Positions 56,586 through 64,000 of a stretch of 64,000 nucleotides of DNA are shown here, piece by piece. The stretch comes from a virus: positions 1 through 64,000 of the IMG/VR virus record IMGVR_UViG_3300045976_000117; one strand, written 5' to 3'. A program made the translations under genes and the position numbers. Each line of letters starts with the position of its first letter. Position 1 is the first letter of the stretch. Below the pieces are notes generated by a model, which searched no databases, had not been told where the DNA came from, and saw nothing but the letters and a program-made list of their open reading frames with translations.

Positions 56586-57130
56586 CCATGCCCATTATCC
56601 CGGTTACCTTCTGCGGAAACATCGCTGAAATCGGCGTCGAGCCTAATGCGTGGAAGTCCGCTTACTATCAACTCGAGCTCGCAGAACCTGACACAGTCAC
56701 CGCGGTGGCATTGGCTAAGACCATGTACCTCGACAAGGAGCTTGCTCAGCTTGGTCAGGCTGACCTTATTGTATCGACCATTCATCCGGACTATGTACCG
56801 CGGTGTCAGGCAATCACTCACGCAGATATGGAGGTGGACGAAGACCGAGAGCTTGCCCTTTACCCTATCGAAAGCCTCTACACCGTCTGTGGATGGATTA
56901 AAGAGACCGGAGAGACCTACTGTGACTACTGGGTAGCCAACGGGCCCAAGCTGGCTTATGCGATGGCTTGGCATCACTTGTTGACTTCTGTTGGTGAGTT
57001 AATGGTCTCCTGTGTCCATGAGGGTGAGCTCGTTCGGGTGGAGTGGACTCCTCCCTATATAGACCCGATATGCAAGACTGAGGGAGACATTGAGGCACGG
57101 CTTAAAGAGTTAATGGGAGACAGCCCATGA
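56582..57130 (+). CDS. Hypothetical protein
   Basis: 182 aa, packed in operon. Confidence 0.65.
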   Translation: MTMPIIPVTFCGNIAEIGVEPNAWKSAYYQLELAEPDTVTAVALAKTMYLDKELAQLGQADLIVSTIHPDYVPRCQAITHADMEVDEDRELALYPIESLYTVCGWIKETGETYCDYWVANGPKLAYAMAWHHLLTSVGELMVSCVHEGELVRVEWTPPYIDPICKTEGDIEARLKELMGDSP

Positions 57131-57152
57131 CCGCGGCAGAAGTGGCAAGTAA

Positions 57153-57452
57153 ATGACAAAGAACAAGCAAGAGGAGGTCTGTCCTAATCTTCTTCACGAG
57201 CTAGAAATTCTTGCTGTACGATGGACTAATTTAGGTTTACACCAGATGTCTGAAGAATTACGGACTGTCCTTGCCGGACACCTGAGGCCAGGTCTTAAAG
57301 TCAGATATTACTATGCCAGTGAGTGGCGTATCGGAGTGCTACTTACCCGGCCTGGCAAAGATAATCCTTGCTGGCAGATTCAACGCAATGGTTTCGGTGG
57401 GTGGGTCGATCAAGTAAGACCAGGCCCCAATACAATTAGGGTTTACATATGA
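57153..57452 (+). CDS. Hypothetical protein
   Basis: Coupled to the next gene. Confidence 0.55.
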   Translation: MTKNKQEEVCPNLLHELEILAVRWTNLGLHQMSEELRTVLAGHLRPGLKVRYYYASEWRIGVLLTRPGKDNPCWQIQRNGFGGWVDQVRPGPNTIRVYI

Positions 57453-57889
57453 GACGGCTTCTTATCACCGGATCACGGATGTGGGCTGACTGGGATATTA
57501 TCTACCATGCCCTCGCCGCGGAGTGGCTGCTGTTCGTGGAGAAACCCATACTCGTTTCCGGGCATTGCCCTCCGCGGAAAGATGAGAAAAACACTCCCGG
57601 CGCTGACTACATCTGTGAGTACTACTGGAATAACTGGGGAGGGCCAATAGAACGATACCCTGCTAAGTGGCGAGAGAATGGAGTACTAAATCGGGCAGCC
57701 GGTTTCGAGCGTAATCACTATATGGCCAATCTGCCGGATGTCTACAAGTGTCTAGCATTTCAGCTAGACGGCTCCGGCGGCACTCAGAATTGTGTGGACG
57801 AAGCACGAAAGAACAACATACCTGTCAATATTTATGAGCGATGGAGCGTATACAGTGACGAGTCGCAAAGAAATAAGTTACCGATTTGA
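57449..57889 (+). CDS. SLOG family protein (YspA/DUF2493-like)
   Basis: LITGSR.W.D, GAD, YPA.W...AG..RN..M, LAF....S.GT..C...A. Confidence 0.85.
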   Translation: MRRLLITGSRMWADWDIIYHALAAEWLLFVEKPILVSGHCPPRKDEKNTPGADYICEYYWNNWGGPIERYPAKWRENGVLNRAAGFERNHYMANLPDVYKCLAFQLDGSGGTQNCVDEARKNNIPVNIYERWSVYSDESQRNKLPI

Positions 57890-58315
57890 GTCATGGCTCC
57901 CTGACTGGTTCACTCCCTGGGTCGCACTCGTAATTATTTGTCTTGGTACCGGCTTTTTGGTGATTATTTCATGATTCATAATAAACATCAGCGCTCCATG
58001 CTCCGCGTACCAGTTCACGTGCTTATCGGCGTTCAGCCACGGGCCGGACTTGGATGGGAGTGGGACTGCAAATTTGAAAGCTGCCGCGGGAGAGGAGTCA
58101 CTATCAATCGTGACGAAGCATATGACGCCGGAGTGACACACTGGCATAAAGCGCATGCCGCCACGGGAGGAGGTATCAAGAATGAGTGATGAGACCAGCC
58201 AGCCTATTCAGCCGGGCAAAGATCAGCCTAACGGTCAAAAGGATAAAGGCAACTTGGACGAACCTGCCCATTCAGGGAACAAAGATAATGGAGATGTCCG
58301 GCCAGAGGAGGAACG

Positions 58316-58576
58316 ATGACGAGCCCTGTGCCTCGAACTGTTGCCTTAGGTGGCGTGTATCGTCACTACAAAGGTGACCATTACGTGGTGCTCTTCATCG
58401 GCAAAGACTCCAATAACGATCGCAACGGTGAACCAACAGTAGTCTATATGTCGATGGACGAGCCTTGCCGTGGTGCTGTCCGTGTGCGCCAGCTGGACGA
58501 GTTTCTTGAGCAGGTATCGGTTGACGGTCGGAGGGTCAACCGGTTCGAATTTCTCTATCTGGCTAAGAGGATGTGA
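58316..58576 (+). CDS. DUF1653-family protein
   Basis: G.YRHYKG..Y.V, VVY, VR..DEF...V...RF. Confidence 0.85.
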   Translation: MTSPVPRTVALGGVYRHYKGDHYVVLFIGKDSNNDRNGEPTVVYMSMDEPCRGAVRVRQLDEFLEQVSVDGRRVNRFEFLYLAKRM

Positions 58577-58715
58577 AAGATGAAGTGCTACCACGGTGAT
58601 GGCAATGAAGAAGAACTGAATAAATTAGTTCAAACTGGCGAGCTAACGCAGCATGACGCTGACGCTATTCGAGGTCTTAGAAATTTTTTACGAGAGCAGG
58701 CGAGGAAAGAAAATA

Positions 58716-59075
58716 ATGACCCTCTACGTGGATAACGTTAATATCCCCGCGGTGGTACCTAATCCCTGGACTGGCCGCGCGGTACGAGGCAAGTGGTGTC
58801 ATCTCATATCCGACCTTCTTGACCCTGAGCTTGAGTTGCATCCTTTCGCAGTAAATGTCCTTGGATTGAAGAAAGCCTATTTTCAGCAAGGTACTGGCCT
58901 CCGCGGTGAGTACTGCCCTGGGCACGATCATTATGACCTAGTGGAAAGTAAGCGAAATCTCGCCATCAAGCACGGCGCCCGGCCTATCTCAGCGGTCCAA
59001 CTGGGGCAGATCACCGTCATGAAGACAGAGTTATGGCGTGCACTGGTAGCCGCGAAAGCACAAGAACTAGCGTGA
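58716..59075 (+). CDS. DUF4031-family protein
   Basis: YVD, WCHL.SD, ELH.FA..LGL...FQ, HYDL...R..A...GA. Confidence 0.85.
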   Translation: MTLYVDNVNIPAVVPNPWTGRAVRGKWCHLISDLLDPELELHPFAVNVLGLKKAYFQQGTGLRGEYCPGHDHYDLVESKRNLAIKHGARPISAVQLGQITVMKTELWRALVAAKAQELA

Positions 59076-59293
59076 CTGAAGACCTTGAGCACTTCGTGCA
59101 AAAGCATGTAGACGGATGCAGTGCCGCACTGGTCGTAGACGGCAATGCGGACGAAATAATAACCCGCTTGCTAGCGGCTGGCTGGACGTGGGCTGATCGA
59201 TCGTCCGTGCACTGCGCTGGCAAGCGGGTTAGATATTTATGTCCTCCTAGGGGGTCGACTGACCGGCCGGAGCCGGAGGGGCAGCTCCTTTAG
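59072..59293 (+). CDS. Hypothetical protein
   Basis: GTGA overlap. Confidence 0.45.
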   Translation: MTEDLEHFVQKHVDGCSAALVVDGNADEIITRLLAAGWTWADRSSVHCAGKRVRYLCPPRGSTDRPEPEGQLL

Positions 59294-59960
59294 ATCTGGT
59301 CTTCTTTGGCCCCGTGTTGCCTCCTGAGGCAGTCTTCTTGTTGCCTGCCGACGTTCCTGTACCTTGACCTCCTGGGTGCTCCCAGCAGTTATCAGAGGCG
59401 TTCTTGACCGGCCGGTTACAGGGTGAGCCGTCTTGTGTCGGAGCTCCACACCTGTGCCCTGCTGACTTCTGCGGAGGCTTGGGCTGTTGCCGCTGACGTG
59501 GCTGCTTGGGCGGCTGACTGACGTTCTGAGCCTTCTTCAGCTTGGCCCGGTCGGACGGCTCCCCAAAGCAGTAAGCCGTCAGCATGGAGACGCCCTCCGC
59601 TGCGAGACCCAGCTCTGTAGCGGCAGTCCATGAGACAAATTCGACAGTGGCCAGAGTAAGCGCAGTAGCAGCTATCGCCACACCCAACACCGCGGCAATT
59701 GTCCCCCGGCGCGGCTTGCGCCGATAGGTGTGCCCTCGAGGCAGCCGAGTAGTCCGACGACGGCGCTGAGCAGGTGTGGTCTGCTGGCCGTTCCCTCCGA
59801 GGTTGATGTTGATAGGTCTCTTCGGCCTGGCCAGCTTCTGAGCACGGCGCTTGCGGTTCCAATGAAAGAGCCGCTCCCTCAGCGTGGGGTGAGAAATTTG
59901 TCCGGTGAAACTCGTTGGCGGGGGAGCCGGAGCCGTCGCCTTCTTCGTCGCCATTACCAC
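59247..59960 (-). CDS. Basic membrane protein with C-terminal zinc-knuckle
   Basis: TM region; RCGA.T.DG.PC.......C..H motif. Confidence 0.65.
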   Translation of the reverse strand: MVMATKKATAPAPPPTSFTGQISHPTLRERLFHWNRKRRAQKLARPKRPININLGGNGQQTTPAQRRRRTTRLPRGHTYRRKPRRGTIAAVLGVAIAATALTLATVEFVSWTAATELGLAAEGVSMLTAYCFGEPSDRAKLKKAQNVSQPPKQPRQRQQPKPPQKSAGHRCGAPTQDGSPCNRPVKNASDNCWEHPGGQGTGTSAGNKKTASGGNTGPKKTRSKGAAPPAPAGQSTP

Positions 59961-60207
59961 CTGGTTCCGTCCATGCTTTGATGATCTATCCCTTGCGTCT
60001 CATGACCGGACAGCTCAGCACATACCTGCCAATCGTCCGTAGGGGCAAACGGGTGGCCAGTCCGGTCACCACACCTCTGAGCAGGGATGACACTGGAATC
60101 CTGATCGGCTTGACGAGCCATGCTAACCTCCGCGGGGACTGGACATCTTACGGTGTGTCAGAATACAGTTTCAGAATTGTAACCCGCAATGAGGGAGGAG
60201 TGTCCAC

Positions 60208-60747
60208 GTGTCCAGTCTGGTTGTCGATGACCGGCAGCTAATAGAGGTGCTGTGCTCACCGATGACCGAGACAGCACGGGCCGAAGCATTGGGGCTGACC
60301 AGGCCTAGTTACTACCGGCTGCTTGACCGGCTCAATCGAGAGGGCATCCTCCGACGCCGTGGGGACTTGGACGCAGACATGTCACTCCGTGGTGCCCACC
60401 CTCGGACACGACACTCTGGCACTCATCATGCGCCGGTACTACGCATCACGTGGTCTGACGACACTGGTCAGTGGGAAGTGCAAGGGGCTCTGCTCGACAA
60501 GTGGCAAGACGAAACTCACAACAATGTGGCTGTCGTTATCCGGTACCACAATCCGGACATTGTTACTTTCGCTTTTGAGGTACGGCCTGTCAATCGGTGG
60601 TCTACTGCAAGCACATTGACTCATCTGCCTATTTATCTTCCATGGGCCCGTTTGCACCCGGAAGTTTTGAGAAAACTCACCATCGCCATAGCCAGACTTA
60701 TTGACGCGGAGGCCATAATTGCGCCGGAGAATGGGAGCATGGGATAG
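60208..60747 (+). CDS. HTH-containing hypothetical protein
   Basis: GGAGGAG RBS; A.ALGLTR.S.YR.L.RL...G.L. Confidence 0.65.
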   Translation: MSSLVVDDRQLIEVLCSPMTETARAEALGLTRPSYYRLLDRLNREGILRRRGDLDADMSLRGAHPRTRHSGTHHAPVLRITWSDDTGQWEVQGALLDKWQDETHNNVAVVIRYHNPDIVTFAFEVRPVNRWSTASTLTHLPIYLPWARLHPEVLRKLTIAIARLIDAEAIIAPENGSMG

Positions 60748-60839
60748 GACATTAATAGTTGTCGAGGGTATCATCTGGCTTATCTTTAGCCTGGCCCTCG
60801 TCAGTATGGTATTTCACATTCACTGAAAGGAGCATACCT

Positions 60840-61148
60840 GTGGAGGAAGGGAAACCTCAGGAAGAGAGACCTTGGACACCTGAGGAGACCGCTGTCTACG
60901 CGCTGGCTGAGGCCATGGCATACCGTGCCAATCCGTTGGACCCTCACATGACGAAAGACATTTTCGAACGTGCCCAAGAGATTATTCGAGGTACGCTCGA
61001 CATTGCCGGGCGCCGGTTTGTGGTACTGGTCCGGGATTCTGAGGCCGATGCTGAGCGACTGGCACTGGCGTGTGGTAAGAATGGTAGTGGCCATATCAGT
61101 GAGGGACTACGGGCCATTGCCAAGCTCACGGAGCTACCTGTCGATTAG
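60840..61148 (+). CDS. Hypothetical protein, possibly RHH-like C-terminus
   Basis: AAGGAG RBS; G.G.ISEGLR motif. Confidence 0.55.
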   Translation: MEEGKPQEERPWTPEETAVYALAEAMAYRANPLDPHMTKDIFERAQEIIRGTLDIAGRRFVVLVRDSEADAERLALACGKNGSGHISEGLRAIAKLTELPVD

Positions 61149-61151
61149 GGA

Positions 61152-61181
61152 AGCTAAGCCCTGACGGGGCAGGGCCTAGCT
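61152..61181. terminator. Hairpin between convergent transcription units
   Basis: AGCTAAGCCCTG...CAGGGCCTAGCT. Confidence 0.55.
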
Positions 61182-61182
61182 A

Positions 61183-61758
61183 TCAGACGTAATTCTTATA
61201 ACCCAGTGACGCTGAAGGTCCGTCTTGACCCTGATATTTGCTGTCAAGTTCAGGGTGTCCATAGGGTCGTGCTGATGGACTGGACATCGCAATAATGGAT
61301 AGCTGACCTATCCACATGTCAGGCCATAAGAATACAGGCATCATGCCGATGTTCGATATCTCGAGGGTGATGTTGCCCTTAAAGCCAGGGTCAATAAATC
61401 CCGCAGTGGAATGTACCTGAATACCGAGACGGCCATTGCTGCTCTTGCCCTCGATCCTCGCGGCGAGATCATCCGGCAAGGTAATCCTCTCGAGAGTAGA
61501 CCCGAGAACAAAATGACCTGGCTGAAGAATATACGTATCAGCAATCAATTCTTTGGTGATATCGGTTTGAGCCGCCAGCGGGTCGATGTGAGTAAACTTA
61601 GTGCAGTCGAATACTCGAAACCGATTACTCAACCTGACATCTATCCCCGCGGGCTGAATCTGCTTACTGAGTGGCACCTCGCCTAGGTCGATGACTGGGT
61701 CAATGACTATTTTTTGCTGATAGAGTGCACGGCGTAAGTCACGGTCTGATAAAATCAC
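61183..61758 (-). CDS. dcd: dCTP deaminase
   Basis: ILSDRD, IQPA.IDVRL, EGKSS.GRLG..VHSTAGFIDPGF.GNITLE, KYQGQ. Confidence 0.93.
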   Translation of the reverse strand: MILSDRDLRRALYQQKIVIDPVIDLGEVPLSKQIQPAGIDVRLSNRFRVFDCTKFTHIDPLAAQTDITKELIADTYILQPGHFVLGSTLERITLPDDLAARIEGKSSNGRLGIQVHSTAGFIDPGFKGNITLEISNIGMMPVFLWPDMWIGQLSIIAMSSPSARPYGHPELDSKYQGQDGPSASLGYKNYV

Positions 61759-61940
61759 CAGACACCTACCAAGACATAAGGAATGATATGGGTCAGCCAA
61801 AGACTGAAGAGAAACGCTGTCCCCAGAACAACCACCAGAAGAATTAATTGAGTCCATGGCGGCAGTGACCGTGCAGTGTTGTCGATCCAATCGAGTATCT
61901 TGTAAGTGCGAGAATTGGTGTCGAGGTCAATCATGGGCAT
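61755..61940 (-). CDS. Small membrane protein
   Basis: AAGGAG RBS, one TM. Confidence 0.55.
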   Translation of the reverse strand: MPMIDLDTNSRTYKILDWIDNTARSLPPWTQLILLVVVLGTAFLFSLWLTHIIPYVLVGVW

Positions 61941-61948
61941 GCTCCTTC

Positions 61949-62449
61949 TCAGTCAATAGCCGGACTCATGTTCGGTGGGACATAGGTATCAGGTTTGAGT
62001 ATTTTTCCGTCCTCTCTAACTTGATATGTTCCATCTGAATGAATCTTGGCCATGTTGCTGCGGTGAACCAGCCTAAAGGCCGTGTCAAGGTTGATACCCG
62101 GACGCTGAGCGGTACCAAAGCAAACATACACGAGATCGGCAAGCTCCTTGGCCAGCTTGTGAGAGTCACCGGTCTGGACATAAAAATGAAGAGCCTCGAT
62201 AACCTCGTCGTATTCCTCTGCTATAAGTTTTTCTCGAAGAGCTGCCCACTCTTCCCTATCCCTGGAATCGCCCCCAGTAGCTTCCGACCATTCATCCAAC
62301 ATGGCTGCGTAACTTGTCCTGGAGATATCATCATATAGAGTCAAACATTCAGCCAAAGCACGCATGACCCGTCCTTCACGTCTATGCTCCATGCCGGCAA
62401 GTTCATCTAACCTGCTTATCACCTTAGGCGGTATTTGATCGACTCTCAT
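61949..62449 (-). CDS. MazG/PRA-PH-like NTP pyrophosphohydrolase
   Basis: LI.EEY.E, KELADL.YV..G, VH.SNM.K, REDGKILKP. Confidence 0.88.
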   Translation of the reverse strand: MRVDQIPPKVISRLDELAGMEHRREGRVMRALAECLTLYDDISRTSYAAMLDEWSEATGGDSRDREEWAALREKLIAEEYDEVIEALHFYVQTGDSHKLAKELADLVYVCFGTAQRPGINLDTAFRLVHRSNMAKIHSDGTYQVREDGKILKPDTYVPPNMSPAID

Positions 62450-62643
62450 ATTACTTACTCCTAATCTTCGTTATGTCGAGAACAATCGTGATTCTCTGAT
62501 GCCATGACATGGGCACACTCCGGGCATCTGATCCAGAAATTACACTCAACACATCTAAGTAGTACGGCATTACCGCATCTCTTTGACCTCCCTCATGCCC
62601 TGACAAGTATTGCATCGTTCTTTACGAACTTTGATTTCAGTCA

Positions 62644-63177
62644 TCACTGACCACTTCCTAAATGTGCTAATTCTTTAGCTAGTTGTTTGTAACTACGTCG
62701 TTTCACCGCGTTGACACAGTAACCAAATTCTTGGACGATATCCTTATGGTCCATACCAGCCCAAAATTTAAGAAAAATATATTTGCGATAAGTAGGAATG
62801 AGATTATTCACCGTGGCTGCTATTTCCCCATGGTGATAAGCCATCTCTACTTCATCTAATGCCGCGGCTCTGCCCAGAATATCCTCAACAAATTCGGGCA
62901 CTAAATCAAACGATACCGTGTCATAAGATGACCGGCTCTGAGTTTGGTCCTTTCGGATGACATCTAGCATGGCGTACTCAGCCTTGCGTTTGAGCCATGT
63001 GTCTAATGAACATCCTTTGCCGTCTTCCCATGTCGGAATAGCTCGCCATATTGCAATCCATCCTTCTTGAGCTAGATCCTCAGCACGGGATAAGTTCTGT
63101 TTACACATTGATCTAGCAACTTTTCGAAGCCATGGCCGGTACTTTTGTAACAACTCTTTTTGCTCTTGTTCGGTCAC
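62644..63177 (-). CDS. Sigma-70 family (ECF-like) RNA polymerase sigma factor
   Basis: Region 2 AEDLAQEG.IA.W.A; region 4 L....R.......G....I...G. Confidence 0.85.
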   Translation of the reverse strand: MTEQEQKELLQKYRPWLRKVARSMCKQNLSRAEDLAQEGWIAIWRAIPTWEDGKGCSLDTWLKRKAEYAMLDVIRKDQTQSRSSYDTVSFDLVPEFVEDILGRAAALDEVEMAYHHGEIAATVNNLIPTYRKYIFLKFWAGMDHKDIVQEFGYCVNAVKRRSYKQLAKELAHLGSGQ

Positions 63178-63646
63178 CGTTCATTTCCCCCTCAAATTCT
63201 TTCCACGAAGTCAATCGTAATTCCCGCAATAACTGCTGTGCAGGAGGATTGATGAGGTACTGGTACCCGCGGAGCATGGCTGCCGGATCATCGCGGAGCC
63301 AGCCTAGGTGCTGATTACACTTGGAGCACAGTAGCCCGCGGACGCACTTGCCACATGAGGTGGGCCCTGCACAGCATTTATGGTTATGGTCGATTGCGAG
63401 TCGCTTTTTCCGGCCAGTGGCTCGCTGACACCAGGCACACCTACCTTTCTGGTACCTGAACAACTTGGCATAGACACCGGTGACGAGGCCATAGACTCGC
63501 TGGGCCATGGCCTCATGATTTGCTTTTTTCTGCCGACGTTTGTGCTCCACATTGCAGGTATGACATCTTGGGCCTGGGAATGGTGCCGGTCTTTTTCGAT
63601 GGTTCTTGTCATCGAGCGCGTTGATGCAGATATTTGAGTTTGTCAT
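63113..63646 (-). CDS. Endonuclease VII domain protein
   Basis: YGL...Y...Q.G.CA.C, LAIDHNH, VRGLLC..CN..LG. Confidence 0.9.
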   Translation of the reverse strand: MTNSNICINALDDKNHRKRPAPFPGPRCHTCNVEHKRRQKKANHEAMAQRVYGLVTGVYAKLFRYQKGRCAWCQRATGRKKRLAIDHNHKCCAGPTSCGKCVRGLLCSKCNQHLGWLRDDPAAMLRGYQYLINPPAQQLLRELRLTSWKEFEGEMNGDRTRAKRVVTKVPAMASKSC

Positions 63647-63701
63647 TGTTTATGCCTTAAGGAAGGGGCCCCGAAGGGCCCCGTTTGATTCCTCTCTTTC
63701 C

Positions 63702-64000
63702 CTACTGTTGGGGCTGACCCTGTGGATAAGGAGAAGTCAAAGGCTGCTGCGGCGACGGACCGAACGGATGTCCCTGGTTCTGTGCCTGCCACGGAGGGGG
63801 CTGCTGCCCCTGCGGTGCTGGCGCAGCCTGAGCAGGCCCTTGTGACTGCCACGGCGCTGCCTGAGCAGCGGGTTGCTGTGACTGTGGCGCTGGCGCTTGC
63901 TGTTGCCACGGAGCGGCAGCCTGAGGCTGAGCCGGTCCGTGCTGCATCCACGGGGCCTGTCCCTGGGGCTGTGGTGCCCCCTGTGGAGCGGGCTGATACT
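63702..64000 (-). CDS. Partial CDS, Gln/Pro/Ala-rich C-terminal tail (possibly ssDNA-binding protein)
   Basis: Frame open to the window edge; QAAPWQ repeats. Confidence 0.5.
   Translation of the reverse strand, partial: YQPAPQGAPQPQGQAPWMQHGPAQPQAAAPWQQQAPAPQSQQPAAQAAPWQSQGPAQAAPAPQGQQPPPWQAQNQGHPFGPSPQQPLTSPYPQGQPQQ

Noticed and set aside
1-64000. Numerous antisense or overlapping ORFs in the six-frame track, and genome-wide stop-codon recoding
   Set aside because: They overlap well-supported genes and lack an RBS or motifs. Core genes are intact under code 11 and use TAG as a normal stop.
63702-64000. Repeat element at the window end
   Set aside because: Low-complexity Q/P/A protein tail of a truncated CDS.

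Overview
64 kb of a tailed dsDNA (siphovirus-type) actinobacteriophage or prophage, roughly 55% GC by eye. Left half: terminase small subunit, an unusual upstream block of fibre/decoration genes, terminase large subunit, portal, MuF-like protein, scaffold, major capsid, a GT4 glycosyltransferase, head-tail connectors, major tail, a -1 frameshifted tail chaperone, tape measure with lytic transglycosylase, minor tails and dispersed lysis genes. Right half: many small accessory genes, host-type regulators (WhiB, Lsr2, PadR, STAS, sigma factor), nucleotide metabolism genes, endonuclease VII and tRNA-Met(CAT). The most striking element is at 44.2-47.7 kb. It is an actinomycete plasmid/AICE-type conjugation module: an Spd-like membrane protein, a TraB/FtsK DNA translocase, an adjacent array of GAGTACYC 8-mers resembling a clt/TRS locus, and a small Cys-rich gene, all inside an apparently intact phage. 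Also seen are a tRNA-like RNA with an elongated anticodon arm, a tandem pair of covarying structured RNAs, two families of palindromic operators overlapping promoters, and about 3-fold enrichment of CCGCGG. No integrase, reverse transcriptase or CRISPR array was seen in the window. All family assignments come from motif recognition, not database searches.
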